Below are positions 13,900-23,224 of a stretch of 32,000 nucleotides of DNA, one piece after another. This stretch comes from an uncultured archaeon. GTDB lineage: Archaea; Nanobdellota; Nanobdellia; Pacearchaeales; GW2011-AR1. Where the stretch lies: assembly GCA_903828655.1 (NCBI GenBank), contig CAIKMX010000050.1, positions 1 through 32,000 of the forward strand. The letters are read 5' to 3'. Under the pieces are notes generated by a model. It was not told where the DNA came from and ran no database searches. It was given only the letters and a program-made list of their open reading frames with translations. Each line of letters opens with the position of its first letter. Position 1 is the stretch's first letter. Both the position numbers and the translations under genes were made by a program.

Positions 13900-14618
13900 C
13901 TTCCACCTCTTAGCTCAATTTTCATTTCCTTATCATCAAATAAAGCATACCTTCCTCTCTCAAAATCTCCAACACTAACAATATATCTTGTATCTTTACG
14001 AAGGTTATGTTCTCTATTTCCTCCGAATTCAATAACATCATTTGAATCACCGCCCTCGGCAAGACTAGCCATGCCGTAGATATGATCGTGTCCTCTAAAC
14101 ATAATCCAGAAATTTTGTCTTCTCATTTCTTCAAAATTTAAAAACAACCTGCTTCTCTGAGTAAAATGAGTATCATAATCTACCATTCTGCCCCAAAGCT
14201 CCGGGATTTTACCTTCTGCCAATGAATCATCAACCAAGGCTGCATGAACATAAACAATATTTCCCCCATCAACCCGTTGGACTACCTTTAGTCCGGATTT
14301 ATCTCCAGGATTCATTTTTGCAGCATCAAGAACAAATTGTTTTTGTATCGGATGCTGATTCCACAGAGCAACATATTTTTCAAAGGGCATGACAAGACTA
14401 TTTGATCCATTTAATCCATGACCAAGAGCCATATGGTAATCATGATTTCCAATAATCACAATTTTCTCCATATCTAATTTTAAAATTTCTTCCAACATTT
14501 TGGGGTTATCGTAATCACCCAAAAAAACTGCTCTTTCAACACCATCCTCATCTAGTAGTGCCCTAACTAGCTCTAGGGGGTCCTTATCATGAGGGTCTGC
14601 GATAATTACACTTTTCAT
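13896..14618 (-). CDS. metallophosphoesterase (calcineurin-like)
   Basis: Motifs IIADPHD, FLGDYDN, GNHDY and GHDH. Trimmed to the ATG at 14618. The stop overlaps the next start by 4 nt. Confidence 0.8.
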   Translation of the reverse strand: MKSVIIADPHDKDPLELVRALLDEDGVERAVFLGDYDNPKMLEEILKLDMEKIVIIGNHDYHMALGHGLNGSNSLVMPFEKYVALWNQHPIQKQFVLDAAKMNPGDKSGLKVVQRVDGGNIVYVHAALVDDSLAEGKIPELWGRMVDYDTHFTQRSRLFLNFEEMRRQNFWIMFRGHDHIYGMASLAEGGDSNDVIEFGGNREHNLRKDTRYIVSVGDFERGRYALFDDKEMKIELRGGS

Positions 14619-14657
14619 TTTATTACAACACCAAATTTTCCCAGAAATCAAGTATAA

Positions 14658-16046
14658 CTACTTTTTCTTCTTTGAGGGTTTCTTTATAGTTTTCTTTTTA
14701 ACTGATTTTTTAATCATTCCTTTCTTACTTTCTTTATCGTTCTTTTTATCTTTCTTCGCGACTTTCGCCTTTTCAATTTTCTTAAATCCGGTATATTCCC
14801 ATAAGGCCTTTGGAATTGTTATACTGCCGTCTGCTTGTTGGTTATTTTCAATTAGAGTAACCATTATTCTTGAAGTTGCTAAAGCAGTATCATTTAACGT
14901 ATGTAAAACTCTTCTGTTTCCTTGTTTGTCAATACATTTTATATCTAATTTTCTTGCTTGATAGTCTGTACAATTACTCAAAGACATTACCTCTCCATAA
15001 GCGTTAAGTGTTGGTCTCCAAACCTCTAAATCAGCACTTCTATATTTCCAATCAGCCAAATCTCCAGTACAAATCTCAATAACTCTATAAGGCAATTCCA
15101 ATGCTTCTAAAATGCCCACAGAATTTTTTAATAATTCATCATAAAGTTTTACTGAATCCTCTGGCTTACAGAAAATAAACTGTTCAATTTTATTGAACTG
15201 GTGAGTTCTCCACAATCCCTTCTCATTTATTCCATGAGCTCCAACTTCCTTTCTAAAACACATAGAATATGAAAAATATTTCTTAGGCAATTCCCATTCG
15301 GGTATAACATTTCCTGCATGCATTGCTAACAAAGACTGTTCAGCAGTTCCAATCAATGCCAAATCTTCTCCCTCAATTTTATACACCGACTGCTCAATTG
15401 CTTTTTTATCCATCGAAGCAAATATAGAGGCCTCATTTAACATCAAAGGTGTTTCAATATACTCATATCCTTTTTCCCTCATAAAATCAATTGCAAATCT
15501 TATCAATGCCTGATTTAATACCGCAAGCTCTTTCTTAATATAATAAAAACCGCTTCCAGAAACTTTAGCAGAAGCATCAAAATTCGCTACTCCCAAAGCT
15601 TCGGTAATCTCAACATGATTCTTTGGTGTAAACTTAAACTTTGGAATCTTTCCACCCTTCTTTATTTCAACATTCTCACTGCCGTCTTTACCTCTTGGAG
15701 TTTCTTTTGAGATTATATTTGGCAGCTTCATCATAATCTCTTTTATTTCAGCATCAAGCTTTTCCGCCCGTTCCTCAACATGCCTTATCTTTTCAGGGAT
15801 GTCTTTAGCCTCTTTAATCAATTCATGAGCCTTATGCTCATCCTTATTCTTTTTAGCCTGATTTATCTGTTCAGAAATCTTATTTCTCTCATGTCTTAAA
15901 TTATCAACATGAACTTTGCCCTTTCTCCACTCCTCATCAAGTTCCAAAAGTTTGTCAACTAAGTGTAGTTTTTCATCCTGCCCCTTCTTTCTAATATTTG
16001 CCTTAATAATCTCCGGGTTCTCTCTAATTAGCTTTATATCTAACAT
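14658..16046 (-). CDS. serS: seryl-tRNA synthetase with a Lys-rich C-terminal extension
   Basis: MLDIKLIRENPE start, N-terminal coiled coil and class II core motifs. Trimmed to the ATG at 16046, 29 nt after GTTTATATATC. Confidence 0.95.
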   Translation of the reverse strand: MLDIKLIRENPEIIKANIRKKGQDEKLHLVDKLLELDEEWRKGKVHVDNLRHERNKISEQINQAKKNKDEHKAHELIKEAKDIPEKIRHVEERAEKLDAEIKEIMMKLPNIISKETPRGKDGSENVEIKKGGKIPKFKFTPKNHVEITEALGVANFDASAKVSGSGFYYIKKELAVLNQALIRFAIDFMREKGYEYIETPLMLNEASIFASMDKKAIEQSVYKIEGEDLALIGTAEQSLLAMHAGNVIPEWELPKKYFSYSMCFRKEVGAHGINEKGLWRTHQFNKIEQFIFCKPEDSVKLYDELLKNSVGILEALELPYRVIEICTGDLADWKYRSADLEVWRPTLNAYGEVMSLSNCTDYQARKLDIKCIDKQGNRRVLHTLNDTALATSRIMVTLIENNQQADGSITIPKALWEYTGFKKIEKAKVAKKDKKNDKESKKGMIKKSVKKKTIKKPSKKKK

Positions 16047-16267
16047 AATACCTTCAATTCTTGAAGATATATAAACGTTTCCAGCACAAAAATCCTCCGT
16101 TTTTAAACATCCTGCCATCACTCCAAAGTTTAATGTTCCTACTCGCTAATTTCTTGTATCTACTAAAAATGGACGAAAAAACGAAGAAAGCTTTATAAGC
16201 CCCTCAACTCTGAAATATACATTAGAACATATATATTTAAATATACTACAATCAAAACACAAACAAC

Positions 16268-16534
16268 ATGGAAGAAAATTTCGATTTATTTTTTAGAAGG
16301 AAGCCAGCCTTGATGCTTATCGCACTAAAAAGGGTAAGTAGGGCTAAATACGGGTCAATTTTAGCAAAAGAAGTTGATTGCACATATTCTCATGCAGTTA
16401 AAATCCTTCAGACACTAGAAGAGCTAGGTTTAGTAAGCTTCGATAAGCAAGGAAGAATAAAGATAATCAAACTTACAAAAAAAGGCCGTGATGTCTCAGA
16501 TAACATTGAAGCAATAAGAAAGCTTGTTGGATAA
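16268..16534 (+). CDS. small winged-helix transcriptional regulator (ArsR/MarR-like), 88 aa
   Basis: YGSILAKEVDCTYSHAVKILQTLEELGLVSFDKQGRIKIIKLTKKG matches an HTH-plus-wing pattern. Confidence 0.6.
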   Translation: MEENFDLFFRRKPALMLIALKRVSRAKYGSILAKEVDCTYSHAVKILQTLEELGLVSFDKQGRIKIIKLTKKGRDVSDNIEAIRKLVG

Positions 16535-16567
16535 GTATAATCCTCATAATTTACACTTTTAAATAAT

Positions 16568-16575
16568 TTTATAAA
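16568..16575 (+). promoter_or_regulatory. TATA box (TTTATAAA) for tRNA-Lys
   Basis: Centre lies 31.5 nt upstream of the mature tRNA 5' end. Confidence 0.45.
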
Positions 16576-16602
16576 GCGATTTCTCCCATAATTCCTATAT
16601 AA

Positions 16603-16718
16603 GGTTCCGTAGCTCAGCTTGGTAGAGCACCACGCTCTTAGGTATTATCGGAGATAATTCAATCTTCGCCTATGGCAAAGAAACGTGGGTGTCGCGGGTT
16701 CAAATCCCGTCGGGACCA
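16603..16718 (+). tRNA. tRNA-Lys (anticodon CUU) with a ~42-nt intron at the canonical 37/38 position (about 16641-16682)
   Basis: Acceptor GGTTCCG/CGGGACC, D arm GCTC-AGCTTGGTA-GAGC, anticodon stem CCACG/CGTGG interrupted after CTCTTA, T arm GCGGG-TTCAAAT-CCCGT. Confidence 0.85.
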
Positions 16719-16796
16719 CTTCTGGGGCATTTGAACAGTTTTCTATAGTCTACTTTTCATCACATATTTATTTTTAAAGTTTGAAAGTTTCTAGAT

Positions 16797-17153
16797 ATGA
16801 TGGAACTTAGTGATGAGGCTTGGAAAGTCGTTGGAAGATTGACTAAAGGAAAGATTGAATGGGATACCCTAAGATCTCTTGATGACGCTGAAAGAAGCGA
16901 AGTCCTTCGTGTTATGGTCGAAAGAGGATTTATTATCCCCATAGAAGGAGATATAGTTCCTGAAGGGAGTTATAGATATACTGGAACTGAAGAGGGTTAT
17001 GGGGTTCGGATCTTGGGGTCAAATCAATTGGAATTGCCTGTTGTTGGTGGAAGGAGATACTTATTTGCAGAAGAAAGATTTGCAAGAGCCTATGCGAAGA
17101 GTACTTGTAAAGCTGGAGATCTTGTAAAAATACATAAAAGAAAATTGCCCTGA
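16797..17153 (+). CDS. hypothetical protein, 118 aa
   Basis: Track ORF with ATG start. Its stop abuts the tfs stop with zero spacing (convergent genes). Confidence 0.5.
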   Translation: MMELSDEAWKVVGRLTKGKIEWDTLRSLDDAERSEVLRVMVERGFIIPIEGDIVPEGSYRYTGTEEGYGVRILGSNQLELPVVGGRRYLFAEERFARAYAKSTCKAGDLVKIHKRKLP

Positions 17154-17462
17154 TTATCTATCAACTCTTGTAACTTTCTTACACTTTAAACATTTATAGA
17201 ACTTTGATTCAGCTTCATCACTTGAACGCATCTGTCTAGACCAGAAATATGCCTTTTCGTTTTTACATTTAGGACACTTAAAATCAACAATTGGTGAAAC
17301 TTCACCTTCCTTTTCATTTACAACTCCAACAAACTCTTGTTGCCCCATAACTTCCTTAGTCTCAACCTTTATTTTATCTTTTGCAGTATAATTACATCTC
17401 GGACAACCATAATTCTTTCTCTTTGGTACGAGAATAGCGCCACACTTGGGACAAAAATCCAT
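17154..17462 (-). CDS. tfs: transcription factor S (TFIIS-like / RpoM-type zinc-ribbon protein)
   Basis: N-terminal CPKCG...CPRC and C-terminal CPKC...CLKC zinc ribbons. Acidic loop RSSDEAES. Confidence 0.85.
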   Translation of the reverse strand: MDFCPKCGAILVPKRKNYGCPRCNYTAKDKIKVETKEVMGQQEFVGVVNEKEGEVSPIVDFKCPKCKNEKAYFWSRQMRSSDEAESKFYKCLKCKKVTRVDR

Positions 17463-17546
17463 CTTTTATAAATACCTTCTTAACTTTACCCTATAGCTCT
17501 TTTTAAATTTTTCCTCTATCTTAACCTTATCTTTTATCAACTAAAA

Positions 17547-18149
17547 CTAACCGCAAAGCCCTCTTTCAGCAGTTGATTTTGAAAATTCATAAAATATAAG
17601 CTTAATCCAGCCTATGTAAGGCACTCTAAACACCGCTTTTCCAACAAGTCTGTTTCTATTAACATCTTGTTCATAAGGCAACAAACCATTATTATGATCC
17701 CCTTTTGTGGTTATCTTAGTCGAATCACTTTTTATTATCCTATGAATTATTGGATGCACAGCATTTCCTCCAGAATCAAATATAACCACATCCCCAACTT
17801 TAGCATTTTTTGCTCCAACAACAAATATAACATCTCCCTTATTTAACCCATTCTTAAAACTCCAGTCAGTACTATCACTAAAACTCAAATTATTAATTGC
17901 GTAAGCTTCATTTTCCATTATCCCTTCAAGACTTTGAGAGTGATACATTGAACAAGACTCAACGATAACTAATGGGAGTTGTGTTCCAGTAAAAAAAGAA
18001 AGCAACGGAAAAAATATAAGTTTTATCAAAACAAAAGCAATTATCAACGTAACAATCAAACTTCCCCAAGAATCACTCTTAAGAAACTTCCAGAATCTTT
18101 TCAGATATCCTTCTTTATTTGTATAATCATAGTCAGATGTCGCCATCAA
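17547..18149 (-). CDS. signal peptidase I, archaeal/eukaryotic (Sec11-like) type
   Basis: N-terminal TM segment, catalytic-Ser context VESCSMYHS, later HRII and GDHN motifs. Confidence 0.75.
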   Translation of the reverse strand: MMATSDYDYTNKEGYLKRFWKFLKSDSWGSLIVTLIIAFVLIKLIFFPLLSFFTGTQLPLVIVESCSMYHSQSLEGIMENEAYAINNLSFSDSTDWSFKNGLNKGDVIFVVGAKNAKVGDVVIFDSGGNAVHPIIHRIIKSDSTKITTKGDHNNGLLPYEQDVNRNRLVGKAVFRVPYIGWIKLIFYEFSKSTAERGLCG

Positions 18150-18240
18150 GAACCAATGAAAAAGGAGTTTATAAGTTTTGTTTAATAACCTTGCATTCTA
18201 GAATATAAATGCTTTTAAACTAAGACGAACTAGCAAAATA

Positions 18241-18696
18241 ATGTACGAGATAGAGTATACTGTGAAGGGCACTGGAGGAAATAGTGCAAACGGGGTATCG
18301 AGTGTGGACTTTTCTAAACATAGAACCTTACTTGTGGCAAAATTTAGGTTTAGAACAGATGTTGCGCCGATTCATAGGGCTGCAGTGTATAACCGAATTG
18401 AGGTCATTGCGGAGGCAGGGGATTTAAAGAGATATTTAGAACAATATGAAGGTTGTAAAAGTCACAGTTTAGATAAATTAGGTTTTCCAAGACCTGATGC
18501 CACTTTTATTGCTCCGGTTAGAACAACAGGGAGCAATAGCAGGGAAGTTAAGGTCTATAATCATTCCTGGGGCAAATTTAGTCCTGGTTTTGATATCAAA
18601 GTATCAAGTGTCGGAATTGTTCCATTGGAGGAGATGCTCAATCTAGATCAATTGAACACATTTATGATTACAGGAACAGTTCCAAAGAAAGAATAA
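18241..18696 (+). CDS. hypothetical protein, 151 aa, beta-rich
   Basis: Track ORF with ATG start. Family not recognised. Confidence 0.5.
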   Translation: MYEIEYTVKGTGGNSANGVSSVDFSKHRTLLVAKFRFRTDVAPIHRAAVYNRIEVIAEAGDLKRYLEQYEGCKSHSLDKLGFPRPDATFIAPVRTTGSNSREVKVYNHSWGKFSPGFDIKVSSVGIVPLEEMLNLDQLNTFMITGTVPKKE

Positions 18697-18755
18697 TTTT
18701 TATACAATCTTCTGATTTATTGTGCAAGGCTTAATCTAACAAAACATTTAAATAG

Positions 18756-18776
18756 TGTATACACGCATGTATACAC
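18756..18776 (+). promoter_or_regulatory. two direct TGTATACAC repeats spaced 12 bp, between the TATA box and the ATG (candidate operator)
   Basis: TGTATACAC at 18756-18764 and 18768-18776, each containing the palindrome GTATAC. TTTAAATA box at 18747-18754. ATG at 18777. Confidence 0.5.
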
Positions 18777-19112
18777 ATGACGGATATATTTGATAACACA
18801 ATTTTATGCAAGAACTGCAATTTAAAGATGGAAAAAGTCGCGATAGAAAGAAACGGATTTCATCTTCGTGCACTTGAATGTAAAAAATGCGGAAATAAGA
18901 TTATACATCCAGAAGATTTAAAAGAATACGATGGATTTCAAAATCTCAAGAAGAAAAACTTTCGTGTAAAGTTAAGATTCGTGGGAAACAGTTATGCTGT
19001 TTCAATTCCGAGAGAAATCATCGATTTCATGCACGAACAAGACAGCAGAATGAAAGAAATGGTTGACCTATGTTTGGAGGAAATGGGTCGTGTATCGTTA
19101 AGCTTCGATTAA
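18777..19112 (+). CDS. zinc-ribbon plus AbrB/SpoVT-like (swapped-hairpin) DNA-binding protein
   Basis: CKNC...CKKC ribbon followed by RFVGNSYAVSIPREIIDFM, which matches the AbrB/MazE-type VGNSxxVxIPKE pattern. Confidence 0.6.
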   Translation: MTDIFDNTILCKNCNLKMEKVAIERNGFHLRALECKKCGNKIIHPEDLKEYDGFQNLKKKNFRVKLRFVGNSYAVSIPREIIDFMHEQDSRMKEMVDLCLEEMGRVSLSFD

Positions 19113-19114
19113 AT

Positions 19115-19166
19115 CACTCTTTTCTTTTTAGAAAAAAGAAAATTTGTGGTTCAAAAGAAAAACTAA
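19115..19166 (+). repeat. 52-nt palindromic element (copy 3)
   Basis: Starts 2 nt after the stop of 18777-19112 and ends 14 nt before the cdc48 ATG. Confidence 0.85.
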
Positions 19167-19180
19167 AATAGTAAAATATA

Positions 19181-21487
19181 ATGGAAGACAAAATGGAAAA
19201 AACAAAAAATGAATCAATTCAGTTGCGCGTTGTAGAGGCATTACAGGATGATGCATACAAAGGCGTAGCTAGAATAGACTCTTTGATCATGAAAAAACTT
19301 GGAATTGTAAGAGGAGATATTATTTCTATTAAGGGTGAGAGAGAAACATTTGCTCTAGCGGATAGAGCTTATCCCGCAGATGCAGGAGAGAAGATAGTTA
19401 GAATAGATGGAATAAACAGAAAGAACGCAAGAACAGGTATTGGTGAAACCGTTGAAATTAAAAAAGCTCAATTGAAAGAAGCAAAAAAGATTACAATAGC
19501 TCCCGCACAGCAGGGAATAATGGTTCAGGGAGACCCTGAAGCATTTAAACGTGGATTGCTAGGCAGAGCAGTAGTAAAAGGAGATATTGTGGTCATGGGC
19601 GGAACCCAAAGAAGAAAAGATATGATGTCTGATGCTCTTGGAGATTTCTTCGGAGACATGGGAGACATGTTTAATCAAATGGGAGCAGGATTTCCAGGTT
19701 TTGCACAGCTAAGATTTGTAATTGTTTCAACATCTCCAAATCAACCGGGGATAATATCTGAAAATACAGAGATAACACTTCATCCAAAAGCAGTAGAGTT
19801 ATCTGAAGAAACAAACATCCCTCAAATTACTTATGAAGATATTGGCGGATTAACAGAAGAAGTTAGAAAGGTTCGTGAACTTGTAGAGTTACCATTAAAA
19901 CATCCAGAAATTTTCTCAAGATTAGGAATTGAACCCCCAAAAGGAGTTTTACTTTACGGTCCTCCGGGAACGGGTAAGACTTTACTTGCAAGAGCCGTTG
20001 CGAACGAATCAGAAGCACACTTTATTTTACTAAACGGACCAGAGATTATGTCCAAATTTTATGGAGAGTCGGAAAAGAAGATTAGGGAGATATTTGACGA
20101 AGCAGAAAAAAACGCTCCGTCAATTATTTTTATAGATGAACTGGACGCAATAGCTCCTAAAAGAGAAGACACTGCAGGCGAGGTAGAAAGACGTGTAGTC
20201 TCACAGTTATTAACTATGATGGACGGGTTAAAAGCAAGAGGAAGAGTAGTAGTAATCGGAGCAACAAATCGTCCTAATTCTCTAGATCCTGCATTAAGAA
20301 GACCTGGAAGATTTGATCGTGAAGTATTAATCTCCGTTCCAGATAAAAAAGGCCGTTTGAATATTCTAAAAATTCATACAAGAGGAATGCCTCTTACAAA
20401 AGACGTAGATTTAGATGAATTATCCGGTAAAACTCACGGTTTCGTTGGAGCAGACATCAACGCTCTTGCAAAAGAAGCAGCAATGTCAGTTCTAAGACGT
20501 TTGCTGCCAAAATTAAAACTTGAAGATGATACGGAAATCCCAAAAGAAGTTTTAGAAGAACTAATAGTTACAAAGAAAGATTTTGACGAGGCATTAAAAG
20601 TTGTACGTCCAAGTGCAATGAGAGAAGTTTTAGTTGAAACTCCAAATATCAAATGGAATGATATTGGTGGAATTGAAAAGGCAAAGACAGAACTTAGAGA
20701 AGCAGTAGAATGGCCTCTTAAGTTTCCAAAATCATTTGAGAGCTTAGGAATAAAACCTCCAAAAGGAGTTTTACTTTATGGCCCTCCAGGAACAGGTAAG
20801 ACTTTACTTGCAAAAGCAGTTGCGAACGAATCAGAAGCAAACTTCATCCAAGTTAAGGGTCCCGAGTTGTTAAGTATGTGGGTCGGAAAGTCTGAAGAAG
20901 GCGTTAGAAAGATTTTCGAAAGAGCACGTCAGGTAGCACCTTGCGTAATCTTCTTTGATGAAATAGATTCTCTAGCTTCAAGAAGAGGAATGGATCAAGG
21001 AACAAAAGTTACCGAGCGTGTTCTAAATCAATTACTTGCAGAAATGGACGGAATAGAAGATTTATCAAACGTAATTGTAATTGGAGCAACTAACAGACCA
21101 GATATGTTAGACTCAGCAATGATGCGTCCTGGAAGATTTGACAGAATCGTTTATGTTGATGTTCCAAGCCAGGAAGGAAGAGAGCAGATATTAAAGATAC
21201 ACACAAAGAAGATGCCCCTTGACAAAGATGTTAATCTTAAAAAACTGGCAGATGACACTGAAGGTTATACTGGTGCAGACATCCAATCATTATGTAGAGA
21301 AGCGGCAATGCTTGCTCTAAGAGAAGATAAGGATGCAAAGATTGTAAAGAACAAGAACTTCGATGAAGCTCTTAAGAAAGTAACTCCAAGTGTAACAAAG
21401 AACGATCAAGAAAGATACAAACAGATTGAACAATTATATCTTAGAAGCGCAAGGTCTGCCTTGCCAACGACGAGTTATACTGGATAA
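19181..21487 (+). CDS. cdc48: CDC48/VCP-like AAA+ ATPase (two AAA domains)
   Basis: N-domain (LRVVEA...GDIISIKG), two Walker [12 protein letters not shown](R/K)AVANE motifs and two Walker B IIFIDE/VIFFDE motifs. An alternative start at 19193 is possible. Confidence 0.95.
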   Translation: MEDKMEKTKNESIQLRVVEALQDDAYKGVARIDSLIMKKLGIVRGDIISIKGERETFALADRAYPADAGEKIVRIDGINRKNARTGIGETVEIKKAQLKEAKKITIAPAQQGIMVQGDPEAFKRGLLGRAVVKGDIVVMGGTQRRKDMMSDALGDFFGDMGDMFNQMGAGFPGFAQLRFVIVSTSPNQPGIISENTEITLHPKAVELSEETNIPQITYEDIGGLTEEVRKVRELVELPLKHPEIFSRLGIEPPKGVLLYGPPGTGKTLLARAVANESEAHFILLNGPEIMSKFYGESEKKIREIFDEAEKNAPSIIFIDELDAIAPKREDTAGEVERRVVSQLLTMMDGLKARGRVVVIGATNRPNSLDPALRRPGRFDREVLISVPDKKGRLNILKIHTRGMPLTKDVDLDELSGKTHGFVGADINALAKEAAMSVLRRLLPKLKLEDDTEIPKEVLEELIVTKKDFDEALKVVRPSAMREVLVETPNIKWNDIGGIEKAKTELREAVEWPLKFPKSFESLGIKPPKGVLLYGPPGTGKTLLAKAVANESEANFIQVKGPELLSMWVGKSEEGVRKIFERARQVAPCVIFFDEIDSLASRRGMDQGTKVTERVLNQLLAEMDGIEDLSNVIVIGATNRPDMLDSAMMRPGRFDRIVYVDVPSQEGREQILKIHTKKMPLDKDVNLKKLADDTEGYTGADIQSLCREAAMLALREDKDAKIVKNKNFDEALKKVTPSVTKNDQERYKQIEQLYLRSARSALPTTSYTG

Positions 21488-21544
21488 ATTCTTTTTTATT
21501 TTTTCAAATAATTACAAAATAAGTTGCCAAGACATAAAAATAAT

Positions 21545-21582
21545 GTTGCCAAGGATGTCAACGGATTGTGAAGATACTAAAC
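21545..21582 (+). repeat. intergenic module GTTGCCAAG-GATGTCAACGGATTGTGAAGATACTAAAC
   Basis: The head GTTGCCAAG is shared with the 58-nt repeats and also occurs at 21523-21531. The body matches 2841-2868. Confidence 0.7.
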
Positions 21583-21672
21583 GTTTAGTAATATGTGTGG
21601 AAGAATCGCATCGTTAGGAGCAGTTTTTGGTATGTTTTTATTTATATCTTCTTTAGATTAGAATTAATCTTA

Positions 21673-22212
21673 TTAATCTTTCTTTTTAGAATCGGGCCCA
21701 AAACAACTCTCAAGTCCAAGCTCTTTGTAACTCTTTTTACCAAAAAGATATTTTGCAACTTTTCGGCTTCCAGATAGAGCTTTGTTTCTTTCTACAGCTC
21801 TTCTGTATCTTTTTCTCTTTTTTCTTACATATTCATTTGAATGAGTAATCGCTTCATAAACCCCGTAGCCCTCCATAACTTCTCTCAATTCTCCCCTAAT
21901 CCCCTTTACTACTAAATCTCTGCACTGAGTCTCCTTTGCAACATAACACATAAAGTCCATTATTGCCGCTATACAATACACCCCTGCCGTTTGGATATTT
22001 CTTAAATCAAGGATAAACTTTTTGATTCCTTCACCTTTTTCTGAAACTTTTCCAAGAGCATTATTAAGATGTCCAATTAAATTTTTCCCAAGATGTGCAG
22101 ATCTCTCAGGAGTCATCTCATGCTCGGTGACGACAAGTGTAAGCTCCCTTCTATGCTTAACGTAGTTTTCTCTCGCATAATCCATGTTAGCCGGGTCATA
22201 GTCTTGATTCAT
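21673..22212 (-). CDS. hypothetical protein, 179 aa, possible STAS-like core with a basic tail
   Basis: FILDLRNIQTAGVYCIAAIMDF...LVVKGIRGELREVMEGYGVYEAI loosely resembles anti-sigma-antagonist/STAS domains. Lies 33 nt downstream of map. Confidence 0.45.
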   Translation of the reverse strand: MNQDYDPANMDYARENYVKHRRELTLVVTEHEMTPERSAHLGKNLIGHLNNALGKVSEKGEGIKKFILDLRNIQTAGVYCIAAIMDFMCYVAKETQCRDLVVKGIRGELREVMEGYGVYEAITHSNEYVRKKRKRYRRAVERNKALSGSRKVAKYLFGKKSYKELGLESCFGPDSKKKD

Positions 22213-22245
22213 GTTATGATTGTTTTTTGATTTTTTAACTAATGT

Positions 22246-23154
22246 TTATCTTGTTGTTACAATCACATCTTTCCCCAGAATAAGTATCGTGTGTTCCGTT
22301 TGTGAAACAGGTTTCTTTGATTTTTCAACCAACACAGGATAGTTATGTAAAATCCCTTGATTCTCTAGTGTTTTTAATAAAAAATTTATCTTTTTAAATC
22401 CGCTCTTTTCGAGCCATCTCTTACAAAAAGGTCTTGTCTTATAATTTTCAATTATAAAATTCAATAATTCCCTTGCGTCTCTATCTCTCGCGTTTATTTC
22501 ATCAGTTAGTAAAACAAATATATCGCTTGCTTTTCCCTCAGTTACATGACCTAAACCGGTTGTTAAAAAAGGTTCAACAGCAAAAGCAGTCTCTTTCAGT
22601 GGAGCAGTTTTAGAATTTTTATAATTAGATATTGTCAAGCCAGCATGCACAGCATCTTTATCTAAAGAATGTCCTGATAAGTTTTGTATAATCGCGAAGT
22701 TAGTTTCATTTTTCTTATTGTAGTGTTCAACTTCATCATGTATTGAATTTCCTATATCTTTTTCAAGAGAGTTAGAACTCAATCCTGCGATAGCATTTTC
22801 TAATACTTTCTCATTTAGTTTAATCATCTCTTCATATCTTTTATCTTCGGTTAGATCTAAAGAAAAAGCAACGTCTGCGATATATCCATCAATAGCAACA
22901 CCAATATCAACTTTCAATAAACCTTCAGCAAGTGTTTCATCTCCATTGGAGGGAGTATAATGTGCAGCAATCTCATTTAAAGACAAATTAACCGGAAAAG
23001 CAGCCTCGCCTCCAAGTTCCTCAATATTTGCATCAATCTTGTTAGCTATATCTATTAAAAGCATTCTAGGTTTAATAAAAGATTTAGCAAAAGCTACAAC
23101 TTCTTTTGCGATATTTCCAGCCTTCTTATAGGACTCAATTTCTTGTTTTTCCAT
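22246..23154 (-). CDS. map: methionine aminopeptidase, type 2 (archaeal)
   Basis: YKKAGNIAKEV, FPVNLSLNEIAAHYTP, DGYIADVAFS, and the HSL, EPF and HTILI metal-ligand contexts. Trimmed from TTG to the ATG at 23154. Confidence 0.9.
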   Translation of the reverse strand: MEKQEIESYKKAGNIAKEVVAFAKSFIKPRMLLIDIANKIDANIEELGGEAAFPVNLSLNEIAAHYTPSNGDETLAEGLLKVDIGVAIDGYIADVAFSLDLTEDKRYEEMIKLNEKVLENAIAGLSSNSLEKDIGNSIHDEVEHYNKKNETNFAIIQNLSGHSLDKDAVHAGLTISNYKNSKTAPLKETAFAVEPFLTTGLGHVTEGKASDIFVLLTDEINARDRDARELLNFIIENYKTRPFCKRWLEKSGFKKINFLLKTLENQGILHNYPVLVEKSKKPVSQTEHTILILGKDVIVTTR

Positions 23155-23224
23155 CAATTCCAAATCACATTTGAATATATAAAATTATGGAAATGCTTAA
23201 ATAAGCAACCAAATTCGATTAAAC

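Noticed and set aside
16047-16121. N-terminal extensions in the ORF track (serS, polB 30183-30197, NOP2/Sun 26282-26296, map 23155-23163, 8524-8592, 10786-10836, 14619-14651, 25254-25271)
   Set aside because: The extensions start at TTG or GTG, or run through the TATA box that sits 25-30 nt before the first conserved ATG. The conserved protein N-termini begin at the internal ATG.
21426-21777. Track ORFs 21426-21617 and 21595-21777 in the cdc48 / 21673-22212 spacer
   Set aside because: They overlap the ends of the flanking genes and the repeat-bearing spacer. They have no promoter and show low-complexity translation.
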